From an uncultured delta proteobacterium (lineage in GTDB: Bacteria; Desulfobacterota; Binatia; UBA9968): a DNA stretch of 64,000 nt. The position numbers were made by a program, and so were the translations under genes. The stretch is from positions 128,001 through 192,000 of the forward strand of contig CAVXEP010000003.1 in NCBI GenBank assembly GCA_963760795.1, written 5' to 3'. A model generated the notes under the pieces. That model was not told the origin of the DNA. It was given only the letters and a program-made list of their open reading frames with translations, and did no database searches. This document shows, in pieces, positions 9,789 through 22,003 of the stretch (the stretch's first letter is position 1; every line of letters begins with the position of its first letter).

Positions 9789-11292
9789 ATGCTTGAGTCT
9801 CTGACCAGCCTTGCCTACGGCTTTAACATCGCGCTACAGCCGCATAACCTTTTCTACTGTTTTATTGGCGTCACTATGGGAACGCTCGTCGGCGTCCTTC
9901 CCGGTATCGGTCCGACAGCGACCATCGCTCTGCTCTTGCCGGCCACGTTCGCGCTCAACCCGATCTCCGCCATCATTATGCTCTCGGGAATTTGCTATGG
10001 CGCCATGTACGGCGGTTCGACCACCTCCATCTTGTTGAATATCCCCGGTGAGGCATCTTCTGTCGTCACCTGCTTCGACGGCTATCAGATGGCCCGTCAA
10101 GGCCGGGCAGGCGCCGCGCTTGGGATATCCGCGTTTAGTTCTTTCATCGCCGGCACCGTCAGCATCTTCGGTCTTATCCTGCTCGCGCCGACGCTCGCCG
10201 AATTCGCGCTCAAATTCGGCCCGCCGGAATATTTCGCGCTCATGGTCATGGGGCTGACCGTGGTGGCTTATCTCGCGAGAAAATCCATGGCCAAAGCTCT
10301 GATGATGGCGGTCTTCGGCATCATTCTGGGATGCGTCGGCCTGGACCCGATCACGGCCACGCCGCGCTTTACTTTCGGTATCCTGGAGCTTGCCGACGGC
10401 ATCGGCATAGCCCCAGTGGTCATGGGGTTATTCGGCATCGCCGAAGTTCTGGAAAACCTCGGCGTGCTGAGCAAGACCGAAATCTTTGCCGGAAAGATCA
10501 ACGGGACTTTTCCCCAACCGTGAAGACTGGCGACGATCCATAGGTCCGATAACCCGCGGCTCGCTGTTAGGATTTTTCCTTGGACTCTTACCGGGCGTGG
10601 GCGCCATCGTGCCGCAATTTTTGAGCTATGCCCTGGAAAAGAAGCTCGCGCGTCATCCAGAACGATTCGGCAACGGTGCGATCGAGGGCGTCGCGTCGCC
10701 GGAGGCATGCAACAATGCCGCGGTGGGCGGCACTTTCATCCCGCTTTTGAGCTTGGGCATCCCTTCCACCGCGATGACGGCGATCTTGCTCGGCGCGCTG
10801 ATGATCTACGGCCTCACCCCAGGGCCGCTGTTGATCAAGAATTCGCCGGATCTTTTTTGGGGCGTGATCGCCAGCATGTACATCGGCAACGTCATGCTTT
10901 TAATACTCAACTTGCCGCTGATACCCTTGTGGGTGCGCGTATTGAAAATCCCCTACTCTTATCTTTCGTCTTTTATCATCCTGTTTTGCTTGATCGGCGC
11001 CTATAGCCTCAACAACAGCACCACCGACATTTATATTGCGGTCATTTTCAGCCTCGTCGGCCTGCTCATGAAAAAATTCGCATTCGAGCCCGCGCCGCTG
11101 GTGCTGGCGTTCGTTTTAGGTCCTCTGCTTGAGACCGCGTTGCGGCGCTCGCTGATTCTCTCCGACGGCAGTTTTTTGATTTTCCTGCAACGGCCGATAT
11201 CGGCGGGGTTTATTTTGTTCGCCGTCGTTGTGCTCGTGACGCCGCTGTTCAGCCAAATCAGATTGGGACGTGGACTCAGTGAAGAGGACTAA
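9789..11292 (+). CDS. tctA: Tripartite tricarboxylate transporter permease TctA, frameshifted near 10510
   Basis: GVLPGIGP, YGAMYGGSTTSILLNIPGE, EGVASPEACNNA, PLLSLGIP. Confidence 0.92.
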
Positions 11293-11740
11293 ACTAACCG
11301 CCGGCACCGCCGGCGCGCTTTTCTGGGTTGCCGTGGGAATACTGGTATGTTATGGCGCGACCCAGCTCGGCTTGGGGAGCATCACCGAGCCCGGCGCCGG
11401 TTTCATCTTCTTCTGGTCCGGGCTGATTCTGGTGATCTTGTCGCTCATAGTTCTCGCCGATTCCGTTCGCAACGCCGAGGACATGGTCGAGGAAATGGGC
11501 AAGATGAACTGGGCGAAGATTGCTCTGGTACTCTTTTCTCTGTTGTTGTACGCCTTCTTTTTGGAAAGGCTCGGTTTTGCTTTGACGACATTTGTCCTGC
11601 TGAGCTTTTTACTGGGCTGGATCGAGCGCAAAAACCGAGCCCGGTCGCTCGGCGTCGCGAGCGCGGCCGTACTGGCAAGCTTTGCGATATTTGAATGGTG
11701 GTTAAAAATTAGACTTCCCAAAGGGATCTTCGGTTTCTGA
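11270..11740 (+). CDS. tctB: Tripartite tricarboxylate transporter TctB
   Basis: EPGAGF, LYAFFLERLGF, IRLPKG; lies between tctA and tctC. Confidence 0.88.
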   Translation: MDSVKRTKLTAGTAGALFWVAVGILVCYGATQLGLGSITEPGAGFIFFWSGLILVILSLIVLADSVRNAEDMVEEMGKMNWAKIALVLFSLLLYAFFLERLGFALTTFVLLSFLLGWIERKNRARSLGVASAAVLASFAIFEWWLKIRLPKGIFGF

Positions 11741-11758
11741 TACGATTAGGAGAAAAAA

Positions 11759-12753
11759 ATGATTCCATTAAACAAACGGATTCTGCCGGCACTAGCTTTG
11801 GTGGTGGGTATCGCTCTTGGTTCGGCAACTCGATCCTGGTCGCAGGAAAAGTATCCTTCAAGGCCGATCGAGATGGTCGTCGCTTTTCCCGCCGGCGGTT
11901 TTGCCGACGTGACCGGCAGAATTTTCGCCGAAGAGATGTCGAAAATGCTCAACACGCCGATCGCACCGATCAATAAAGGCGGCGCCACCGGCAGCCTAGC
12001 CGCCACCACCATGCTCAATTCTGCCAAGGATGGATACAGTATTTTGGTCAACACGCTTGGCGGCATGGTTTTGGCGCCGGTAACCCTTAAGGACGTGAGA
12101 TACGACGCCAACAAAGATTTTTATCCTGTCGCCTTCATCACCTCCGCGCCCGACGGACTGACGGTTCAAGCGGAGTCCCCTTACAAAAACCTCAACGACT
12201 TGATCGATGCCGCCAAAAAGAATCCGAACAAATTGTCCTATGCAACGGCGGGCACCGGCGTCGGCGGCCACTTCAATTCCCTGATCCTGTCCCAAGTCAC
12301 CGGCATTAAGATCAAACATGTTCCTTACAAAGGCGGCGGCGAATACATTCCGGCGCTCTTAGGCGGCCATCTGGATTTCGTCATCGGCACCGCCATCGCG
12401 ACTCTGCCGCAAGAAAGCGCCGGCAAGCTTAGAACCCTGGCGCTCATGGGTGGCAACAAGATGAAGGAACTCCCCTCAGTCCCGACAACTGTCGAGCTGG
12501 GCATCAAAGGAGATTATCTCGACAGCTGGGCCGGTGCCTTCGTCACCGTCGGCACCCCCAAGCCGGTCGTCGACACGCTCACGGCCGCGGCCGAGAAGGT
12601 AATCAAGTCAAGGAATTCAGCACCAGAATCGAAAAGACCGGCGGCGTCGTTAAATACATCGCGCCCGCTGAGTTTCGCTCGATGATTGAGCGAGACAAAA
12701 ACACTGCCCTGGAAATCGCCAAGAAAGAAGGACTGTCGCAGGGAGTTAAGTAA
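11759..12753 (+). CDS. tctC: Tripartite tricarboxylate transporter substrate-binding protein (Bug/TctC), frameshifted near the 3' end
   Basis: Signal peptide, YPSRPIEMVVAFPAGG, HVPYKGGG, LGGHLD, PSVPT. Confidence 0.9.
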
Positions 12754-12778
12754 GGAATGAGCGCGACAGTGTAACTCG

Positions 12779-13171
12779 CTACTCTGCCCGCGTCGTCAGC
12801 TCGATCTTGTACCCATTGGGATCTTCGAGGAAGGCGATGGCGTTGGCGCCGCTGCCATGTTTCATCGGGCCGGGCTCGCGAGTAATTTTCACGCCTTTGG
12901 CGCGCAATTCATCGCAGGTCTTGTAGACATCCGGCACGCCGAGCGCGATATGGCCGAAGCCGTTGCCGATGTCGTAGGCGTGGGTGTCCCAATTGTAGGT
13001 GAGCTCGATGACCGCATCGGTATCCTCTGAACCATAGCCGACGAACACGTTGGTAAAGCGGCCCGACTCATAGTCACGTTTCTTTAGAAGCGTCATACCG
13101 AGCCCGTCGCAATAGAATTTCAAACTCTCATCGAGGTTGTTGACTCGGATCATGGTGTGGACAATTTTCAT
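12779..13171 (-). CDS. gloA: Lactoylglutathione lyase (glyoxalase I)
   Basis: MKIVHTMIRV, IELTYNWD, GFGHIALGV, REPGPMKHG, DPNGYKIEL. Confidence 0.95.
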   Translation of the reverse strand: MKIVHTMIRVNNLDESLKFYCDGLGMTLLKKRDYESGRFTNVFVGYGSEDTDAVIELTYNWDTHAYDIGNGFGHIALGVPDVYKTCDELRAKGVKITREPGPMKHGSGANAIAFLEDPNGYKIELTTRAE

Positions 13172-13396
13172 ACGCTGCACCTCTTTCTCAGTCTTAATTT
13201 CCGCTATGAGCGAAGCTCCAACTATTCGCCTTGCCCGTATGGCCTCGGCCAGCCTGTTCAGTCCCGCTTCTGATTCCCAATTCCTCAAAAGCGCAAGCTT
13301 TTTTCGCGCGCCAAAACGGCCCTTCCCAGCCTTTGCTTCTTGCTTCGGAATCGTCGATGACGCGAACGTCGACGATTATAAACGGAGTGATCGTAC

Positions 13397-13569
13397 TCAC
13401 CTCATCGCCTTGGCGAAACCGCGAATCGTCTGTTCCCTGCTGCCGCCCGGCAGACCGTCAGAAGTAATCGCCATCGCTGGATGCCGCTTTTCCCGATGCG
13501 CTCGATCTGTGCGCGGCAACAGACGAATATGCCGGAGCGAGCGAACTTGTCAGCCGGCACGGTGAAATC
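13397..13569 (-). pseudogene. Decayed duplicate of the 3' end of the LLM oxidoreductase gene (matches 23046-23220)
   Basis: Translates as DKFA...AQIERIGKSGIQ...PGGSREQTIRGFAKAMR*; the intact gene reads DKFAIAG...AQIERIKKTGVQQ...PGGSREETIRGFAKAMS*. Confidence 0.9.
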
Positions 13570-13712
13570 CCTTTGAATTGAATCGCCCGCCGGTCCGTAG
13601 AACAACGCAATTTATAGCAGACTGCGACAGCCAGATGCGAGCGCTCTGGCGGGTGGTTCTCAAAAATCCCGCTCTTGCCCTGGATTTGCCGCGGATTCAG
13701 TCGAAGGCTAGA

Positions 13713-13848
13713 GGATGAACTTGAAAGCCTCCCCCGCCTCTTTGCCGTCCCTGACCACATCGGCCCGGTGGCCCAGCTTCTCGAGCAAGCTAGCGGTGAC
13801 TTTTGCTTGATGTGGTGGTCGTCAACCACGAGGACACACAGACGATGC
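13713..13848 (-). pseudogene. Receiver-domain fragment related to the second REC domain of the adjacent hybrid kinases
   Basis: [37 protein letters not shown] compared with [37 protein letters not shown]. Confidence 0.75.
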
Positions 13849-13936
13849 TGCACCCTTCGCTCCGCTACCGAGTGCTGCGTATCCAAGCGGATTCATTTAG
13901 CTCGCATGGTGGCGCAGCCAGCAGCTCTTCCCCGGC

Positions 13937-16900
13937 TCAATGAATCGACTGTCGTGGAGAGTCGCTCAAGCCAAAGCCGCGCTCGTTGAGCGCGGATCGG
14001 ACTAAAGACAGCTCCGCTTCGAGCTCGGCGAGAGCAGGCGAAACGCGTGCCAGATCATTGTGTGATCCAAGTTCCTCGATCGCCCGGGCGATGGCGAGCG
14101 CATGACCGGCACCCACCTGTCCTGCTGACGAGCCAAGCGTATGCACCGCGCCGGTGAGCGTCTTGCAGTTGGCCGCAGACAAGGCTTGACGGATTTCCTC
14201 TAGAAGTCTTGGATACTGAGCCAAAAACATCTTGGCGATCTCGTCGAGCAGCTCGCGGTTACCCTCGACGCGCGCGAGGGCATCCATAATGTCGATCGCT
14301 TCGAGCCGGGCATGGCGCGCGGCCGGCGCTTTTACGGCGGCCTCCGTGAAGCTTTTAGCAGCGGCGCGCACGATGACGCGTTTAAGTTCCCGTGGAAGAA
14401 TCGGCTTGGATATGTAGTCGTCGAAACCGGCGGCGATGCACTGCTCCTTGAACCCTGCCATGGCGTGCGCGGTCACTGCGACGATCGCGCAATGACGACC
14501 GCGCTCGCGCTGGAGCGAGCGAATTTGCCGGCTGGCCTCGTAGCCGTCCATCTCGGGCATCTGCAAATCCAACAGGACTATTTCATAGGGAACCAGACTT
14601 GTAGGCCTGCACCGCCTCGTTGCCGTTGCTCACCACGTCGGCCCGGTGCCCCTGATTCTGCAACAGACTGGCGGTCACCTTTTGATTGATGTGATTGTCG
14701 TCGGCCACCAAGATGCGCAGCCGGCGCTGTGACCTTAACCTCTCCCAAGCCCGGCCGCGGAATCGGCACCGCCGATGCGTCATCCTGCCCACTCTCGCCC
14801 ATCGCCAGCGTCAAACACTCGCCCAACTGAGATAGGCTTACCGGGTTGAACAGATATCCGTCGACGCCGGGTTGCCGCGCCTGCTCACCATCGCCGAGCT
14901 TGCTGACCGCGGTAAGGATGACCAGCTTCAACCCGTCCCAGCGCTTGTCCCGCCGTACGGCGTGGGCCAGTTGGAATGCATTCATCCCCGGCAAATTAGA
15001 ATCAACGATCGCCAAGTCGTAGGCTTTGCCCGGCGCCGCCGACCCGGCCAACAGTTCCAGCGCCGCCGCGCTGTCTTCGGCGGTGTCGTAGCTCATGCCC
15101 AGCGAACTCAGATAATGTTCTAGGACCGTGCGCGCCGTGCGCTTACCCTGCGCCAGCAGCACATGCAAGCCGCGCAACTGGCTATGCGGCACCGGCGTCG
15201 AATGGCGAGACTCGTAACTCTTGGCCAACTGCACGCTGAACCAAAAGCGGCTGCCCTGGCCGTCTACACTACTCACCCCGATCTGTCCGCCCATCAGATC
15301 GACGAACTTTTTGCAAAGCACCAAGCCCAAACCCGTGCCGCCATACTTGCGCGTGATCGAGGCGTCGGCTTGGGTGAACGCGCTAAACAGCTGACCGATC
15401 TTGTTCTCGGAGATGCCGATGCCGGTGTCGCTCACTTCGATACGCAGCTTGACCCACTCGCCGTTGGTCTCCTCCACCGTCACCCCAACCACCACTTCCC
15501 CTTGGTTGGTAAACTTGAGCGCGTTGCCGACCAGATTCGCCAGGATCTGGCGCAGCCGCCCCGGGTCGCCGCGCAGCTCCGAGGGCACTGTGGATTTCAT
15601 CGAGTGGACCAACTCCACTCCCTTATCCGCGGCTTGCATGGCGAACAGCGCGACTACGTCGTCGACCACGCTGCGCAGATTGAAATCGAGGATCTCGAGC
15701 TCCATCTTGCCCGACTCGATCTTGGAAAAGTCCAACAGTTCGTTAATGATCGTCAAGAGCGCGTCGCCCGACTGCTTGATGATGTCGCAAAACTCCTTCT
15801 GCCTGGGCATCAACTCGGTCTCCGATAACAATCCGGCCATCCCGAGGATTCCCGTCATCGGTGTGCGAATCTCATGGCTGATATTGACGAGAAAACTAGA
15901 CTTCGCCTCATTGGCGGATTCAGCGTTTTCCTTGGCCGCTCGTAACTCCACCTCTACGCGCCGACGCCGAGTCAGGTCCCGGGTCACGTTTGAAAAGCCC
16001 AGCACCTCGTTCCCGCCATTGCGCACCGCGGTGATGACCACGTTGGCCCAATACCTCGATCCGTCCTTGCGTATGCGCCAACCCTCATCCTCGCAGTAGC
16101 CGCCGGCCATGGCGGTGTTTAAAATTCGCTGCGGTTTGCCGCTATGAATATCTTCCGCCGTATAGAAACAAGAAAAATATTTGCCGATAATTTCTTCGGG
16201 CCGATATCCTCCGACCGATTCGGCCCCTTGGTTCCAGGTCATCACCCGGCCGCCGGCATCCAACATAAAAATCGCATGGTCCTTGACATTTTCGATCATC
16301 GATCGGAAACGCGCTTCGCTTTGCCGCAGCCGCTCCTCTAACGCCTCGAGCTCGGCGATGTCTTTAATCAAACTGGCGTTAGCCACCCGCAGCTTTTCTT
16401 CACTTGCCGCTAAGCAGACTTTAGAAACGGTTGTGGCGTCTAATTGGACTACCATCCGGTTGAAGTTCTCTGCCAATGCGCCAAACTCATCGGTCCCTCT
16501 TGGAACCAAGCGGTAAGTCAGGTCACCGTGGGCAATCGCTTGAGTACCATCCATCAACTGCTTAAGCGGCCTTTTAATGCTACGCATGATAAGTAGGACG
16601 GCGCCGATAGCGCACAGTATAAATAAAGGGACCAAAACGGCGGCCTTGCGGACGGCGTAAGCCGATGCCTCAGCAGCCCGTCTTTTAGATTCAACTAGAT
16701 TTTTCACGGCCAAGAGCTGGATCTGATCATCCAGAAGGTCGTCCATCTTCGCTCGTAGATCGAGGAACGTATCGAGGCTGTTTTGCTGGGAGTTGTGAAC
16801 CACCAGAACCCTTTGAACCAGTAAAAGGTTGCGCTTAAACGCTTTTCCCAGCTCTCCTGTCCAGTGCTTTTCCGCTTCGGTCAACTTCAGCTTTTTAAAT

Positions 16901-17541
16901 TGCCCAAGCTCCTCCAGAAAATCGTTGGCATTGGCAAAAATACGCTCCTTGTAGGTCTTTTTTGGTGTTCGAAGATAGTTGCCCAGCCAGGCGCCCACCT
17001 CGGCAATATTGGCCTCCATTTCCCCCGCTCGTATGGTCTTGTCGATTCCGTCCGCTCCCTGTCGGTCTATGTTTGCCTGTATTTTTTTGTCGACGATCTC
17101 GTCTAATTTCTCAAACTCCGCGCCAATTTTGCTAAAGATCAGCTCTTGTTCATCCTTTTGGTCCATCAAGATTTTACCGAGAGTCTTGAACTTCTGGTAA
17201 AGAACGACAATCTTTTGCCCTAACTCCTTGCCCGTCTCGGTGCCAACTACGCGGTCGTACTGGGCCTTGAATCTTCCAAAGTCCGCCTCATTTTTCGCCA
17301 CCTGCGCGCGGTATTCGGCCTCACCGGTCTCGAGATACTTGAGTACCGCCATGCCGCTACCGATCGTGTTGATCTCCATCTCGTAGGCGGCGGCGCTAAT
17401 CGGTTCGTCGATATCGGTCACTTGGCCGACTGTCTGCTCCAGCTGCTTAAGACCATTAAAGATCATCAGCACTGGCATCAGGCCGAGGAGTAAAACAACG
17501 ACCAGAGCCAAGCCAATCTTATGGATCACCGTCAGTCGCAT
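13937..17541 (-). CDS. Unorthodox hybrid histidine kinase: TM-periplasmic helical sensor-TM-HAMP-PAS-HisKA-HATPase-REC-REC-Hpt, frameshifted near 14580-14735
   Basis: SHEIRTPM H-box, [33 protein letters not shown], Hpt AVHTLGSS. Confidence 0.92.
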
Positions 17542-17807
17542 AGTAAAAGCTCCATCGAACTACTGCGCGGTCGTCGGGAAGAATGAATCGTCAGGTACTG
17601 CCGCAGTCGCCGTCAGTTCGCGCGAGCAGCGGCGCACGCGGAAAACGATTGAGCTGGTCTAGGATGTCAGTGATCCGGTCCGCCCGCGGCGTAAGCTCCT
17701 GAGGGGCTCCGCGGTTCATTACAGTTACCGGATCGACCGAAATCGGTTGATTCCTGACCACTGGCTGCCTGAGGCACGCAATCGTTCCTTCGGAATTTTG
17801 TCGATGC

Positions 17808-17822
17808 GCAACAAATGGGCCA
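17808..17822 (-). promoter_or_regulatory. Sigma54 (-24/-12) promoter upstream of hybrid kinase 1
   Basis: Minus strand TGGCCCATTTGTTGC has canonical GG-N10-GC spacing; AT-rich upstream region with TGT/ACA-type motifs. Confidence 0.65.
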
Positions 17823-18107
17823 AAAAAAGTGGCAGATATTCAGCGCTTTCCTTGCGCAAAAACCCGTCGCTGTTCAAAAATGAACAATATATGGACAAAA
17901 TTGTACATAATCGTCAGACCTCGAGTTGATTGCAGTCCGTTGCCACACGGACGGAAGAGGTTGGAGAGAAAGAAAGCGGTGGTGGATCTTTGGTAGGTTT
18001 ATCGGCTGTTGATGATGCTGGCGCGGGACTACGGAAGGCGACAATATCAATTCACGCCGAGGCTTGCACGCAATGATAATAATCGGCAATAGCGAGTTCT
18101 TGGAATA

Positions 18108-21100
18108 TCAGTGCAGCGCTTCGGCTGGCGGCAAGCGAAAATAAGCCGGATCGGACATCGCCGATCTGAGCCACAAGAGCTCCCTCTCAAGTTCGGCGAG
18201 CGCAGCCGGAACCTGGGAACGATCGCCGTCGCTGCTAATAAGTTCTAGTTTGCGCGCTGCCGCCCCGGCCCTTTGGCCGCCTAATTGTCCCACCGATGAG
18301 ACCAAGTTGTGCGCCGTGCTGGTCAGTGTTTGGTAATCCTCCTGCGCCAGCGCGCGCCGGGTTTCTGCGAGTGCTTTGGGATATTGGTTGACAAAGATGC
18401 GCGCCACCTCGCAAAGTAGTTCGCGATTACCCTCGACCAACTCCAATGCCTGCGAGAAGTTGAGGACATCGGCATGCGCTGGCGCTGGTGTTGGCGGCTC
18501 AATCGGGGGAAGGGTCATCGTTGCGGCGATTCTGCGCGCGATGGCGGCTTTCAGTTCCCGCGGGTTGACCGGCTTCGAGACGTAATCGTCCATGCCCGCC
18601 GCCAAACATTTTTCTTGGTCTTCCTTCCTGGCATGCGCGGTCATCGCGATGATCGGTGTATGGCGGTTCTTGGTTTTCTCGAGCGCGCGAATTTTCCGGC
18701 TCGCCTCAAGGCCATCCATTTCCGGCATCTGCACGTCCATCAACATCATGTCATAAGGAACCAGCCTGTAAGCCTTGATCGCCTCGTGCCCATTGGCCAC
18801 CACGTCGGCCCGATGGCCGAGATTCTCGAGCAAACTCACCGCCACCTTTTGATTGATGTGATTATCGTCGGCGACGAGAATGCGCAGCGGCTGCCGCGCC
18901 GCAAGCGCCGGTCTGCTGTGTCGCGAAGTTAACCCCGTTGAAGCGTCAGCCTTCGGCGCTTTTCCCGTCGCCACGGCCAAACTCTCGATCAATGGTGCAA
19001 GACCGATAGGCTTAGTGAGAAATCCGTCGATACCGCCGTTATCGTGGACCCCAAGATCGAATCGCTGGCTCGCCGTAGTCATCAGCAAAAGCTTCAGCCG
19101 ACTCAACCCATTCTCGCGCCTGATCGCCTGCGCCCATTCGAGAGCATTGGTGCCCGGCAACGATGAATCCAATAAGACCAGGTCCGGCAGTTCGCCGCGT
19201 TGCGCGGATGCGCGCAATAATTTTAACGCTAACGGCGCGTCGGCGGCGCTCTGGCTGGCGATTCCCAATGAACTTAGGTAGCTTTCCAGCAACGCGCGAT
19301 GGGTTGAGCTGTCATCGACGATCAGCATGCGCAACCTGCTTAAATCCACATGACTCTGGCGTGCCGGCTCAGTCAAATGGCTTTTTTCCAACTTCACGGT
19401 AAACCAGAAACTACTGCCGCGACCTTCCTCGCTGCTGACACCGATCTGACCCCCCATAAGGTCGACGAATTTTTTTGAAATCGCCAATCCCAGCCCCGTG
19501 CCGCCATACTTCCGCGTGATCGAGGAGTCGGCTTGAGTAAAAGCGTTGAACAGCTTGTCAATTTTGTCTTTGGCGATGCCGATCCCGGTATCGTTCACTG
19601 CGAATCGTAAGCTAATCGAATTCTGGTTCTGCTCGACGACGTCGACCCCAACGGCCACTTCTCCCTTGGTCGTAAACTTGAGCGCATTGCCGACCAGATT
19701 GGAGAGAATCTGCCTTAGTCGTCCGGGATCGCCTCTTAGATTCGCCGGCACGTCGGGGTGGATAAAATTAATCAGCTCAATCCCCTTGTCGTCGGCCTCG
19801 CGGACAAATAGCTCGACAAATTCTTTCATCGCGCTGCGCAGATCGAAATCGATGATCTCGAGCTCCAACATGCCTGACTCGATCTTGGAAAAATCCAAAA
19901 CCTCGTTGATGATGGTCAGCAAAGATTCGCCGGAGCCTCTGATGATCTCGCAGTATTCCCGCTGCTTAGGCGTGAGCTCGGTGTCACACAGCAACCCTGA
20001 CATGCCGATCACACCGGCCATCGGCGTACGAATCTCGTGGCTGATATTCGCCAAGAAATCCGACTTGGCGTGATTCGCCGCGTCAGCCTCTTCTTTGGCC
20101 AACGTCAGTTCGTCCTCAATCCGCTTCCACCGGGTTAGATCGCGGGTAACGTTGGAAAAACCGCATAGCTTGCCGCCGCCGTCGCGCACCGCGGTTATGA
20201 TCGTGCTGGCCCAAAAGTTGGAGCCGTCCTTGCGCGCCTGCCAACCCTCGGTTTCGCATTGACCCTCGGCTAGCGCCGTTGTTAAAAGCTCTTGGGCTGT
20301 GCCGGCCACACGATCTTCGGCTGGGAAAAGCACATCATAAGGCTTACCGATGATTTCGTCGTCGCCATAACCTCTAGTTCGTTGGGCGCCTTGGTTCCAC
20401 GTGAGCACGCGTCCTTCGGGATCGAGCATATAAATCGCGTGGTCTTTGACATTTTCGATCATGGAGCGAAACCGCTCCTCGCTATGCTGTAGCCGAGACT
20501 CGGACGCTCGACGCTCGGTGATATCGATAACCGAAGCTAAAAGCTGGGCGCCCTCAGGCGTGTTTACCGCGTTCAAGCCGATTTCTACGGGAAATTCACT
20601 GCCGTCTTTGCGCACACCGAAGAGATCCTTTCCGGCACCCCTCGACCGAACTTTCAAATCGGTAAAACGGTCCTTCTCTATGACTCCGGTGTTGGTCGCG
20701 GTACACCCCAGGTATTAACGTCTCGACCGGCTGACCGAGCAATTCTTGGCTGGAGTAACCAAACATCCTTTCCGTCTGGGGGTTGGCCAGGACGACCAGG
20801 TCATTGCGATCGATCATCAGCAACCCGTTGGGCACCGACTCCACCACGAGGTGAAATAGCTCCTCGGTGTGCTTGTGCTCGGAGAGAACGGCGGTGAGGA
20901 CGAGGCTAGTTCCGGCGACCGTGGCCAAGAATGTTTGTAACAGGAAAACTAACTCATTGGGTTCTGCTAACGCAAAAGGACCGAATCCATGCGCGGTACC
21001 CCAGATTGCCGATGCCGCCATCGCAAAGGTCGCCGTTACAGCCCCGTGTTGACCGAACCGGAGCGCCGCAAAAAAAAGCGGTAGAATACACAAGTACACT

Positions 21101-21744
21101 AGCGGATCAGATTTGCTATCGCTTGAAACCCACGCTCCGAAAACCATCTGGCCAACAACCAAGACCGGCAGCGACAGGAACACGGCGTCGATCACCGAAC
21201 GGGGTTGCCAACGAGGCAAGGGCGTCACCGTCCAGACCAGGAGCAGCGGAGCTATGATTAGATTGCTGGTTAAATGGCCGAGGGACCAGGTAGCGCACAG
21301 GGCAAAATAATCATCCCAACGGACCAAACCGCCTAAGTAGAGACTAGTCACGCCGAACGCGGCGCCGATTACTGTGCTCGTCAGGCCGGCAAGCACGACA
21401 AACTTGACCACATTACTGGCTCGATCGAAAGCGCTACCACCGTTGGCGAAGCGGCGAGCGAGCCAGGCGCCGACAAGCGCTTCGACGGTATTTCCCGCCG
21501 CGATGCCAAGCGAGGTCTCGAATGATCCGATCGTGGTTAGGTTTAGCAGGAAGTCGCCGAACAGGATTGCCGGCCAGACGCGCTGGCCGAGCAGGAGGAC
21601 AGCCGCAAGCGCAAAGCCTGTTGGCGGCCAGACTACCGTTGCGCTTGGATCGACAGCGGCCAACCATGACCCAAGCTTGCCGGTAATAAAATACAGCGCG
21701 CAAACAATCCCGATTGTTGCTAGATCGGAAAAGGATTTTCTCAT
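18108..21744 (-). CDS. Unorthodox hybrid histidine kinase: MASE1-PAS-PAS-HisKA-HATPase-REC-REC-Hpt, frameshifted near 20650
   Basis: MASE1 motif VWPPTGFALAAVLLLG...[26 protein letters not shown], two REC domains, Hpt TAHNLVSS. Confidence 0.92.
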
Positions 21745-22003
21745 CACCGAGTCTCGTCGATCTTTGTAATCCCTACAGCCACTTCGCCATCGAGAAATGA
21801 CTCTGGACGCGAGCGCTTCTGAGACCCCAAACCTCCTTGGCTCTGTGGCTCCGGGCACTCGTATTCAGCGCTCGCTGCGCGAGCGCCACGGCGCAGGCTG
21901 GCAAAATTAGATCGTAAAAAAGCGTTGGCATTGTTGAGTTCGTCAGTGCCACTGGCGCAATGTCTCGTTACTCGACTGAAGTCTGTGGTCTGCCTTGCGG
22001 TCG

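Noticed and set aside
17931-17945. Third sigma54-like motif (TGGCAACGGACTGC)
   Set aside because: GG-to-GC spacing is one base short of the strict requirement.
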